Shown here: piece by piece, positions 25,787-37,389 of the stretch
Layout: each line of letters opens with the position of its first letter
How positions within the stretch are numbered: the stretch's first letter is position 1
NCBI GenBank assembly: GCA_002269645.1
Contig: NIVC01004102.1
Span: 1 to 60,593, forward strand
Reading direction: 5' to 3'
Origin: Macrostomum lignano
Lineage: Eukaryota
Length of the DNA stretch: 60,593 bases
Program-made: the position numbers and the translations under genes
Notes under the pieces: generated by a model
What the model was told of the DNA's origin: nothing
The model's input: only the letters and a program-made list of their open reading frames with translations
Databases searched by the model: none

Positions 25787-26354
25787 AAAACTATAGTCTA
25801 GCAAGCAAGTCTTGGAAAGTCACCCAACTCAACAGTGTATCTTTGCTATTCTTTAATTAAGCTTTAGTATAATTATTGATAATTGGATTAAGAGTTGCAC
25901 AAAGACTAGACCAGTAAATGTCTTGTATACAGATAAACATAGTAAAGGTAAATGGCGACATTCTTTTCACTGTACAAAAGCAGCAATGAAAGTGATTCCT
26001 GAAAGAGTTTGCATTCCTAAAAAAGAAATCATTCCTTGGAAGCAGAAACCCCCAAAACTGCATGGCTGGGGAAGAGCAGAAGAGAAAGCAAAACGCATAG
26101 TTTCTGAGTTCTGCATTGCTTTTATGCATCATCAATTCAGAGGATGCTGATGAGGCTTGAGTTCACACGGGCTGGAGTGCGGAGCCGCCCAGATGAGTGG
26201 CGGTGTTAGGGCGCCTCAGCTTCAGCAAATGCTTCGTCAATTGCCTGGCTCCGAAATTAATATTGAAGCTCTGCATATGCCTTGTGCTCACCCAATTCTT
26301 TGCTGGCTTCTGGGAGTGCTCAGGCTGAAAGAAAGTAACGTTGACAGACTCAGG

Positions 26355-26896
26355 CACTGACAGTCACTGACAATCACTGACATATTTACTGATACAGCCA
26401 CTGACAGTCACTGACATATTCACTGATACAGCCACTGACAGTCACTGACATATTCACTGATACAGCCACTGACACATTCACTGATACAGCCACTGACAGT
26501 CACTGACATATTTACTCATACAGCCACTGACAGTCACTGACACCTGACACTGGCACAATCCCTGACCGAGGCACTGACACAGTCACTGGCACTTGTCACT
26601 GGCACCTGGCACTGACACAGTCACTGACACAGTCACTGACACAGTCACTGGCACTTGTCACTGGCACTTGTCACTGGCACCTGGCACTGACACAGTCACT
26701 GGCACAAGCGCTGACAGTCACTGGCACTTGGCAATGACACAGTCACTGATACAGTCACTGACACAGTCACTGACAAAGTCACTGACACAGTCACTGACAC
26801 AGTCACTGACACAGTCACTGACACAGTCACTGACACAGTCACTGGCACAGTCACTGACACTGACACACGCATAGGTTTTGTCAGTCACTGACACAC
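26355..26896. repeat. Degenerate 12-bp minisatellite (CACTGACACAGT)
   Basis: Directly visible. Confidence 0.9.
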
Positions 26897-27240
26897 TCAT
26901 TAGTGCTAACAATAAGACAGCCGCAAATGAAGCTGGAGAAGACTCAAACATGCAGCTTCTGAAGTGGCACTTCAAGCTGAAGTTGCGAACAGCATCTCAA
27001 GCACCGCAGGTGTCAAACGCCTACGCGCACCTCCGGTATGCGAGTGAATGCGCCAGAACTTGAAACGAGAGTCACCTGCAGCAGGTTGCAAGTGTTCGCT
27101 GCCATCGCGGTTGTCGCTAGCCGCAGAAGACAGCTTTCCCTCATTAAAATCGGAGCACAGGTTTCCAAGAAAGCGACGCTCGCTCCCTCCTGCCCCTCTG
27201 CCCAATGATGGAGCGGCCCCGCCTACGCGGCTGAGACGGC

Positions 27241-27246
27241 TATAAG
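27241..27246 (+). promoter_or_regulatory. TATA-like box (TATAAG) upstream of the 108-aa secreted gene
   Basis: Lies upstream of a candidate 5' UTR intron (CCG|gtaggc at 27367 to tttcag| at 27434) and the ATG at 27486. Confidence 0.4.
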
Positions 27247-27485
27247 ACTGCCTGCCATCTTCCCGTGTCTTGAAGGGCCCTCTTCTCTCCCTGACAAATC
27301 CTCACCGGCTCCCCTGTCAAGCCGCAGACTTCATTGCAGCAGTTCGAAGTTCCATTCTTGTTTCCGGTAGGCGACTTGAATTTTGCAGCAAAAAGTCCAG
27401 GAAAGTCAAAAGTTGTTACTGTTGTCATTTTCAGCTGCAGCTATAAGAAGATTCGAACAAAACCGATCGAGTCCCGAGTTCACAG

Positions 27486-27812
27486 ATGCCGATAGACAGG
27501 CGAATCGCTCTCATCTGCTCTCTGCTGTTGCTCATGGCTGCAGCTGCCTTTGCTGCTCCTAGTAGCAGCAGGAAGGTCAAGACCGAAGTGCACAAGCCCG
27601 CTGAGCAGCAGCACCAGCAGAAGCAGGAACAGCTGTTCTCCGAGCTCCAGTTCGAGCAGCTGTGGCTGGAGTTCCTTCGCCGCATGCAGGAGCGGCCGCC
27701 CATCCGCCAGGTGAGGCCAGAGCAGCCGGTGCCGGTGGAGCTCGACCCTCAGTTCGTCACGGACTTGCTCATGACGTCGCCAAGGCACCGAGCCGAACTG
27801 CTGGAGCAGTGA
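27486..27812 (+). CDS. Small secreted orphan protein (108 aa), prepropeptide-like
   Basis: Basic-hydrophobic-AXA signal peptide (MPIDRRIALICSLLLLMAAAAFA-AP), GC3-rich codons throughout, dibasic RK and RR sites, AATAAA near 27932. An internal CAG|gtgagg at 27710 could allow an alternative 3' end. Confidence 0.65.
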   Translation: MPIDRRIALICSLLLLMAAAAFAAPSSSRKVKTEVHKPAEQQHQQKQEQLFSELQFEQLWLEFLRRMQERPPIRQVRPEQPVPVELDPQFVTDLLMTSPRHRAELLEQ

Positions 27813-28446
27813 ATCGTCACGCGTCTGCGGAACCGACTGAACTGGATGACGGACTTCAGTAGCTGTGCAGCGAATATTAACTAATTATAACTTGGCTCTG
27901 AGTAGGAAGCATTCCGACAACTGAGTAAACAAATAAAAAACCGCAAATTATCATTGAGAAAATGAATTCCACTCTGCTACTTTCTTTGCAATAGATACTA
28001 CTAAGATTGATCAGTTTATTAGTAGTATTGTATGGTAGTTAAATTCGAGACATTGATCGAATGTTTTTACACTAATAGCGCAAAATATAGCAGGCATGCG
28101 CTTTTAAACTACTGAGAAAATTTTAATGCGGCTGCTGGCTGCATATGAGGGAAAGAGGGAGGGAGGGCTACACGATACAGTCAGTGAGTGAGACAGCAAG
28201 TGTTTAAAGTGAGTCAGACAGCGAAACACTGAGAAAGTTAGAAACTTGGATAGTTAAAAAATGGAATCGAAACCAAAACTAAACCACAGCTTGAAATGGA
28301 AGTGAACCGCTCACACACACGCTCACACAGTGTGTACAGTGGCCCTGACTTTCTAATCGTCAGGCCAAGGACCAAACGAGAAGTTACGTTGCTTCAGGCA
28401 TGTACATGTACACTCCCTGTGCCCTTGGGGTTGGCCCTCATGGGGG

Positions 28447-28752
<306 letters not shown>

Positions 28753-29266
28753 TCGCTGATTGACTCAGCAAGCACTTTAAAGTACCCTGGGTACTTGCAA
28801 AAAAACTGAGTCAATTGTTTGGTTGCAGTGAAACGATAGACTGCCGGAGTTATGGTGACATTATGAAAAATGTATTCTATAACAAAATGAACGCCTACAG
28901 TGCAGCTGGCTCATGCAGTTTCATTGTATTGGATTTGTACAGCAGTGCGGGAGTAAGCAGAACGAAAACGAATTAGAAGGCTATTAAAACTGGTCTTACT
29001 AGTACATCACATTCGTATTGAACAAAATACTTCCGTATAAAAATAGGGCAAGGATTCTCTATTTTTGGTCTTAAAAATTGTTTAATTTGAATAGTTCTTT
29101 ACCTGAAAATATCGTGGACGTGAATGTAAAAATATTTTCAAGCAAAAGATACCTGATAAGCTTTCAAAAACAAAGCATGCTAACTAGTGCCGGCTTCTTG
29201 TCTAATTCATAAAAAATATTTTGAGTCAGCTATAGAGAGTAGCACAATGTCAATCAGTCAGACTTG

Positions 29267-30154
29267 TCAATTTCCTACTTTCATCAACTGCATGTAGTTG
29301 AGGCCATTTGCCCCCAGCCTGATCCTGAACTGGTTCTGGCCGTGCAGGCCCCTCTGTCGATTCAGCGACACGCTGACCCGGCGGTCTCCTGGCGACAGGC
29401 GCAGGAAGCCCACAGCCAAGCAGGTTAGCGGCGACTCGGAGTTCATCGCTCTGCCAGCAATGGCGACTCTGCCGTCGAGGTTGACTCGGCACTCAAGATT
29501 GACCGGAGAGCTGCCGTTGTGGTTCTGAGCCGTCAGCTGGAGCACTGCCTGGTACAGTCCGGGGCTCAGGATCCGTAGCCCGAACGAGCTGTCATTTAGC
29601 AGGACAAAATTGGGTGCTGCAGGCCCACCGTCTGAGGTCCATGGTCCCACCAAGACATTGTTGGTGCCCTCTGGAATCGGAGGCGAAAGGTAAATGTCGT
29701 TGGGGCTTGCACTCGGTTGACTGCGAATATTCAGCAAGCTCACCTCTGCTAGTGATCTTCCCTGCTCCCCAGCAGAGAGTTCCGCTGTAGTTTGATGAGC
29801 ACAGGGGCAGACCCTTGTGCGTCAGTCGGAGCAGAATTGACTGAAAAAGCGGACGGGGGAGCCTCTGCAGCCAAGGACTTCTCGAAGAGAAAGAATACTC
29901 ACAAAAATACTCACATTGGCCGAGTCATGACCGCTGCTGGCTTCAGCTGTGGCCGCTTGAGTGGCTCCTCCAGCGATGGCCAGAGCGCCCAGGACGCAGG
30001 CGGCCACGGCGACCGCCGCTAGCAGCAGCCGCGGATGACGGCGCGTCTCAGCGGCCGGTTTTGTACCGGCGGCGGGCACCGCGGACGGCTCCGACGGCTG
30101 CTGACGCTCAGCGTGTCCAGCCTCCAGAAGAAGCGATTGAGCCTGGTGGGACAT
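29267..30154 (-). CDS. TNF-superfamily ligand-like paralog A, type II membrane, 246 aa, 3 exons (30154-29915, 29840-29744, 29670-29267)
   Basis: TM segment LLLAAVAVAACVLGALAIA. Introns of 74 and 73 nt are GT-AG, phases 0 and 1. TNF-homology motifs GPW, LRILSPGLYQAVLQL, LEC...LTCLAVGFLRLSPGD, NYMQLMKV. Confidence 0.85.
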
Positions 30155-30257
30155 TGTTGCTTTGAAGAGAAGATGTTTATTTCGCTGTCTTTGCAAGTAT
30201 GCTTCTGCTTTGCAAGCAATTTTTGGTTGAATTTTTTTTAGTCGAAGCTGTCGCCTC

Positions 30258-30264
30258 TTTTATA
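30258..30264 (-). promoter_or_regulatory. TATA box (TATAAAA) of paralog A
   Basis: About 105 nt upstream of the ATG; the other paralogs have comparable TATA positions. Confidence 0.6.
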
Positions 30265-31103
30265 GAGTTTGGCGAACTGCTTTGCTTCCCTCAACAGCCA
30301 ACGGATGCCGAGGGGACGTTCCATTGTGTGCCAAATCTTGTTGCAACAAAAATAGAATCCAGCTCGAGCTAAACTGGGAAGTCTGTGCCGGGCCAGGCTG
30401 CAGAAGAATAGCCAGGCTCGAGGCAAGTTCGCGAGTCCAATTGTGCGCCGATGGGTAAATTTAGCAGCTGTCTGTTGGCGAGACTCTGCACAGCGCAGCC
30501 TGCGGACAGCCACTGATTCTATTTTTAGAAACAGTCGTTATTATCTTTAGCAGTTGGCAGTTTTCGAATTTCCTGTTAGTTCTTTTCAACACTTTTAGAA
30601 ATATGATTGCGCCACATCTGACGGAATGAAGGCGAAGGTTTCTGGCATCGATGGACTTGAAAATAGTTTACTTTAGAAAGAAATTAACTTGCGAATATCG
30701 GATAGTTGCTGATAATATATTGATATGTTGCTATCGTATATCGTCTATTAATAGCTCGTGTTTAATATCGTCTACATAGATCATTCTTTGATACTTTGTA
30801 TGCTCTTGATAGGCTGGTCTATACTCAGCAACATCGAAAAGTCGCCATCACAGAAGATTCCATTGATGGTGGCCACTTTTGAGAGTGCAGGTAAAGTCTC
30901 TCAGTGTTTGCGAGTGACGCAACTCAGCTACGCTGTGGCAGACTTGAGTTGAGGAATGAAGTGGGAATGGGGAAGCGGTGTGCGAGGGTTGGACGGATTA
31001 AAGCAACCCTCAGTTTTTTCTCGTATCTTTTATTTCAGAATAGTCCAAGATAAATTGCTCACTGGCGCAGAGAGTGCATGACGACTTTTCCAATATTGCT
31101 GAG

Positions 31104-32320
31104 TATATTGATAAACTGAGAGATTACTATAGTTGATATATTGATAAACTGAGAGATTACTATAGTTGATATATTGATAAACTGAGAGATTACTATAGTT
31201 GATATATTGATAAACTGAGAGATTACTATAGTTGATATATTGATAAACTGAGAGATTACTATAGTTGATATATTGATAAACTGAGAGATTACTATAGTTG
31301 ATATATTGATAAACTGAGAGATTACTATAGTTGATATATTGATAAACTGAGAGATTACTATAGTTGATATATTGATAAACTGAGAGATTACTATAGTTGA
31401 TATATTGATAAACTGAGAGATTACTATAGTTGATATATTGATAAACTGAGAGATTACTATAGTTGATATATTGATAAACTGAGAGATTACTATAGTTGAT
31501 ATATTGATAAACTGAGAGATTACTATAGTTGATATATTGATAAACTGAGAGATTACTATAGTTGATATATTGATAAACTGAGAGATTACTATAGTTGATA
31601 TATTGATAAACTGAGAGATTACTATAGTTGATATATTGATAAACTGAGAGATTACTATAGTTGATATATTGATAAACTGAGAGATTACTATAGTTGATAT
31701 ATTGATAAACTGAGAGATTACTATAGTTGATATATTGATAAACTGAGAGATTACTATAGTTGATATGTTGATAAACTGAGAGATTACTATAGTTGATATA
31801 TTGATAAACTGAGAGATTACTATAGTTGATATATTGATAAACTGAGAGATTACTATAGTTGATATGTTGATAAACTGAGAGATTACTATAGTTGATATAT
31901 TGATAAACTGAGAGATTACTATAGTTGATATATTGATAAACTGAGAGATTACTATAGTTGATATGTTGATAAACTGAGAGATTACTATAGTTGATATGTT
32001 GATAAACTGAGAGATTACTATAGTTGATATGTTGATAAACTGAGAGATTACTATAGTTGATATATTGATAAACTGAGAGATTACTATAGTTGATATATTG
32101 ATAAACTGAGAGATTACTATAGTTGATATATTGATAAACTGAGAGATTACTATAGTTGATATATTGATAAACTGAGAGATTACTATAGTTGATATATTGA
32201 TAAACTGAGAGATTACTATAGTTGATATGTTGATAAACTGAGAGATTACTATAGTTGATATATTGATAAACTGAGAGATTACTATAGTTGATATATTGAT
32301 AAACTGAGTGATTACTAGTT
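31104..32320. repeat. 33-bp AT-rich satellite, about 37 near-identical copies (TATATTGATAAACTGAGAGATTACTATAGTTGA)
   Basis: Directly visible; 11-aa period in the ORF track; only an occasional A>G variant. Confidence 0.98.
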
Positions 32321-33050
32321 GTTTTATTGATAAATTCAATAAAAGAAGCGTCAGGTCACAAAAAAGAAGAGTCAAGAAAACATAAAACACAAAAGAAGCG
32401 TCATGTCGAACATAGAAGATTCATTTGGGAATTGCTACAATGTCAAGACTTGGGGAGAATTTCTGAAATGTCCAGGCTTTAGGGTTAGGGGGAATTTGCT
32501 GAGATTTCAAGGCTTACAGGGCGGAATTGTTGAAAGGTCAAGGCTCACGGGAGAGTAGCCTAAACATAAAAAAGCGTCGCGGCAAATATGAAAGAAGCGT
32601 CATGTAGTTTTAGGGAGAATTGCTGAGATGTCAAGACTTGGGGGGGGGGGAATTGCTTAGATGTCAAGGCTGAGGTCAGAAGCTACATGTAGTTTATTCA
32701 AAAATTTGTATTACATTCTTTGTTGGCTCGCCAACGGGGGGGGGCGCTGGTTGCTAGTCAGCTTTCTACTATTGTTAACACCTTTAAAAACAGTTGAAAC
32801 TTCAATAAAATCAAGTCAATTTAAGGTGTACTTAAAGTCAAATTTATTTTCAACAGCAGAATATCATGAGGCATTGCAGTTCTGTAACAGAAACTCTGAA
32901 TATTGGAATTCCCCGAACACACCGTCTGAAATGCAGCAGACAAAAACTTTGCATGCCAGAATAAATGAAAATTTTCTGTTCTAAGAAAACAAGTTTGCGA
33001 TCAGAAAGGTGAGGTAGGTTCTGTAGCCTAATTGGCAAGGCGAGACGCGG

Positions 33051-33949
33051 TCAGCGGCCGAGTCGGGTCACCTGAAAATGGTTCATTGCCGGCCGTCTGG
33101 CACCGATGGAAAGCCGGTTCTGCCCATTGACGCTCTCATCGTACCTCAGCGACACCCAGATCCTGTCGCCGGCTTCCAGCCTGAACACACCGACTGTGGT
33201 GCAGGTGAGAGGAGCGCCCGTGCTCGGTGATTTCACCACTGACACGGCGGTGCCATTGACTCTGAGCGCGCACTCGACAATCCTGTGCGCGTTGTCGGCG
33301 GCCGGCAGTTGAGCCAGCAGCTGAGAGGTCACGTGGTACAGCCCTCCCAGCAGCACCTCCAGGGCAAAGTCCCCATCGATCAGAGCGAAGGCGCGCCTCG
33401 CAAAAGAATCGCCGCTACTGACGGGCGCCCACGGGCCCACGGTGATGTCGTTGTCTTCATCTGCAAGAACAACAGAGCCCGTCAGTCCAACAACCGCATA
33501 TCTGAGTGAGTGGCAGTGCTGCTTACCTCTGCTATGGACAATGCCTTTCTGGTTGCAGAGGCTCCCATTGAAGCCGCCCCGGAGACATGGAGGCAGCCGC
33601 TCGTAGGCGATTCGAAGCGACACCTGCAATGAAAAGCCGGGGGTTGCTGAGTGTTGGACAGTCTGCGAGGCATCCTGAAAATGAGAATGCCACTATGCTC
33701 TTTGCTCACCATTGGAACCGCAGGCTCACAGCTCAAGCCAGAGCAGTCCGCAGGCTGTGGCGGCTGCTGCAGTTTGGTCAGGCCAGCAACCGCAGCCACC
33801 GAGCAGAAGATGAAGCAGGCCGCCATCACGCCAATTTTCGAGAGACTTTGCTGGGACTTGGCGACTCTGCGAGCTGCAGTCGGTGGCTCAGTTGGCACCG
33901 AAGTGCTGCCAGCTTCGACTACAATCAACGACTCGCTTGGAGAAGACAT
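33051..33949 (-). CDS. TNF-superfamily ligand-like paralog B, type II membrane, 248 aa, 3 exons (33949-33710, 33623-33527, 33460-33051)
   Basis: TM IGVMAACFIFCSVAAVAGL. Introns of 86 and 66 nt, phases 0 and 1. LEVLLGGLYHVTSQL and LTCTTVGVFRLEAGDRIWV closely mirror TNF LVVPSEGLYLIYSQV and GGVFQLEKGDRL. Confidence 0.88.
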
Positions 33950-34049
33950 TCTGCAGCTTTGGTGGCGCTGTTTGCTGTGTTTCTTGCAAGATGGCGAGAG
34001 ATCAGAAGATGACTTGAGATGTCTGAGCAAATTTACAGCTTGCCTCGAA

Positions 34050-34057
34050 TTTCTTAT
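34050..34057 (-). promoter_or_regulatory. TATA-like box (TATAAGAA) of paralog B
   Basis: About 100 nt upstream of ATG 33949. Confidence 0.45.
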
Positions 34058-34716
34058 AAAATTCTACAACGAGGTAATAAAAACGTAAGCATCGAAAGTA
34101 TTTTTTTCGTGCTAAGGTTGCCACGGAATTCCCCTGCGAGAGCGAGAGTTGAGTACAGCACAGACAATGGAGCAAGTCTTCCGATGCACACTTGCTGAAA
34201 TTACCGCTTTTGAAAGTGGAACGTTAGCGTGATGGGGAACGTCATTCGCGATTGAAGTTTTACGTCACACCAGTCATTGCCGTTTTGAGGCTCTTCAGGT
34301 ATCATAAAGATTACATCATTGATCTATTTACGATACTCATTTTTGTATCATAGTTCTGCAACGAAGTTCTGCAACAGGTGACCATTTTCACGAATGCACT
34401 TGAAACGGAAAGAAGTTTATAGAAATGATTGTTAAATAATGAGACAGGACTAAAAACACCAGCTGTTTTCGAAATTGACCCTCAAAAGTACGTACAAAAC
34501 CCTCGAGAAAACTTATTATTTATTGCTCGGTTTCAGTAAATCTCGCTTTGATTTTACATTTTTATTACACTTCGTTATTGATTATCTATTGACAGTTCCA
34601 ACTCAGTGTCTTGCTCGCTTGAAGAGTGCCTTAATGCTTTCGCAGTCACCAAGCAGACGTACAAAATTTAAAATTTCATAAACTTTGTAGAGAGTGAAAC
34701 CGAAGGCAAAGACAGA

Positions 34717-35244
34717 TCAGTGCTTGAAAACTCTTAGTCTCATTTCCCGTTGGGCTCCGTTCTGGGCTCCGCTCCCGTCTTGGTGATCAACTCCCGCGTC
34801 AAGCGCTGGGCTGACTCCCAGCATCTCCGCAGGCAATCCCGTGCTGCCACCCCCTGCCCCTCCCGCCTCCTGCGCAGAGCCCAACCGCAGGGATCTTAGA
34901 GCAGTCAGCATGGCCCTCTCCGGTGCTATACTTTCGGGATATCCGTGTCTTGTGTCATCCGCCCAGATAGTATAAGTACTTTCTGATCTCCCCTGGATAT
35001 TTTTCAAGCATCTTAATGTATCCGGTCCGGATATCCCAAGCTGCGTTGCCCGGGACTGGAGAGCGCAAGGCAGAGTCAAATTTATCTTGCAATCTCTGGC
35101 CGGAGACTGCAAACGCACGGAGATTGCAAAGCCTAACACCGGTACCTCAGGGACGAGGGGAGAGCTGAGTTCTTCCCCGACGCCGGTGAGGAGGACCGCA
35201 AATAGCCGGGTTCTCCTGAGCGACATCACTTCGTTATTGGTCAC
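34717..35244 (-). other. Unidentified 175-codon GC-rich open frame
   Basis: GC-rich island next to a transposon-like block. No TNF motifs and no family recognised; could be a TE fragment. Confidence 0.25.
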
Positions 35245-35439
35245 CAGAGGCTAGCGGAATGGGTGGTCTCCTCCGCCTCCACTCTGCATCTGCATCTCGT
35301 GATCGCGTATTTCTAGAGTCACTTAATTCACGAGAAATATATATCATGAATGCAATGCTACTGCAATGCTATTGAACCCCTCATTTAATCACTCGATTGG
35401 CGTTTAATGCGCTCAGAATCGGCTTAACACTCGTGCCTT

Positions 35440-37010
35440 TGCCATAGACGCACTCGTTTTCGTGCAGGAATATTATTCTTGTTGGATCAATTAGAGTGGA
35501 AGGGAGGTGCAGCGGGAAGCGGGGTTAAGGGGACGCAGTCCCCTTGCGGGGGGGGGCGAAGCCCCCACATGAAAAAAAACATTTACCATAGACAAAAAAT
35601 GTTTCAGCAGAACTCACGAGGATTTTTACCACAGACGAAAGCATTGTCGGCTGATTTTCCATGCAAGAATGGCATTCTTGCACTCTTTTGCGTGCAGGAA
35701 TGGATGTCTATGGTAAAATCTCACTGAAAAAGCGTTAGGCGCAGAAATGCATTCCTGCACGGTTTTGTGCATTCCTGCACGATGAATCATCCGACAATGG
35801 GATTCCTTCACGTTCACGAGTGCGGGAATGACATCTGCCCTGCACGCCGAATAAAATAAGAAGAAGAATGGCTGGAGTTAGTTACGTAGTGATAAGAGTA
35901 TTCGTTATTTAGAAAATTGAAATCAACCATGGCCACCCTGAGTGACAAAAATTTGGTTGGTCCATTGATAGACCTGCGCTACGTGTCTGTGTAAGTGACG
36001 GGGCACAAGGTAAGCTGAAAACCGTTACACTGTGTGTACACAACGTAGCAAAGCTTGCACATTGTATCTGATAGAATTATTCTTACGTTTATGTTAAAAT
36101 TTCAGTCCACTACATCCGTCGAACGGTATATTCGACGTGGAAAACGAAGAGACACTATAATGGCGGGCATGAGTGGACAATTGACTATTGCTCTTGACGG
36201 AACTGGCTCTGAGACTTCATCGGTCGGCATTCGGAGTGCGGCCCAGTCTGAAGTGCTGTGAACAAGTGAGCCGACTACGTCGGCGTCAACAAAGAAGATG
36301 AGGATCATCGCTGATGGGGATTCCAACGTGGTGCAGTTCGTTTTCGAGTAGATAAGGATTGAAATTGATCTACGAGCTATTGTTCTTGGAAAGGAAACTA
36401 TGTCTGTTTGAGTGTTCCATTGCTTTAATACGTTAATGTTGTTACTCATTTTTTGTCAATATTTCTCATTTTTTGTCACTTGTTTGTTCTTATTGAAATA
36501 CAATTCAGTCTATTACCGTGCAGGAATGAAAATGCATTCCTGCACTGTAAGCATTAACATTTTAAATGAAGATTTACCATAGACAAAAGCATTTCCGCAC
36601 GCTTAAATGCATTCCTGCACATAGAATCAAACAAGAAAAAATCAATCCTTCACTTTATTTTTTGTTGTCTTTTCAATTTCTGAAAATACATTTCAATCCT
36701 GCACCTATGATGCATTAGACTTAAAGATGATTTTGCCATAGACAAAATCATCGTCGGCTGATTTTCCATGCAAGAATGGCATTCTTGCACTCTTTTGCGT
36801 GCAGGAATGGATGTCTATGGTAAAATCTCACTGAAAAAGCATTAGGCGCAGAAATGCATTCCTGCACGGTTTTGTGCATTCCTGCACGATGAATCATCCG
36901 ACAATGGGATTCCTTCACGTTCACTCGTGCGTGAAGGACATCGTGAAATCGTGCGCTAGCGCGCACTCGTGCAGATGTCATTCCCGCACTCGTGACCGTA
37001 CAGGAATCAT
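35440..37010. mobile_element. Non-autonomous DNA-transposon-like block with repeated GTGCAGGAAT / CCATAGAC motifs and a 172-bp direct duplication
   Basis: 35646-35817 and 36753-36924 are identical except about 1 mismatch. About 10 copies of GTGCAGGAAT/ATTCCTGCAC and about 6 of CCATAGAC/GTCTATGG occur in both orientations. Boundaries are approximate. Confidence 0.6.
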
Positions 37011-37389
37011 TCAATTCTGTACGCGTGAGTGTGCAAGATCAGCAATAAGAATGATAAAAATAACCAACTTGTGCAACCCTCTTGCCAATGCAATTCTTGT
37101 ACGCTCAGCAATGTGCGTTCGTCGGTGCTCTCGGGCAATCCTCGAGTAGCATGCATGAAGCAGAGAGATTTGACTGTAGTAAAAGATTCTGTATCGTTAT
37201 CTCACATAAAGTTTTGTTATATTTTTGGGGCCAATTTAAATAAAACAAATTTGCGGGCTATTTGAAACAAATATGTATTCTGCATGTAGAAACATCATGA
37301 GGATTTCTAGCAACGTATTATGCTTGGATAATCTCTAAGAATTGCAACAAGGCATCTGGCGTGAGTGATTAGTTAATTCGGCTTTTTTG

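Noticed and set aside
28296-28440. RTKR furin site and ACTC suggesting a cystine-knot cytokine exon
   Set aside because: The Cys come from a TACATG low-complexity motif, the other knot cysteines are absent, and the frame runs into (AGT)n.
31059-32390. 443-aa hydrophobic repeat ORF, and similar ORFs at 24874, 40381, 42751, 44457, 52708 and 58865
   Set aside because: Artefacts of satellites whose unit lacks a stop codon in one frame.
35646-36924. TRIM/LTR interpretation of the 172-bp direct repeats
   Set aside because: No TG...CA ends, PBS, PPT or TSD, and homology fades gradually beyond the repeat edge.
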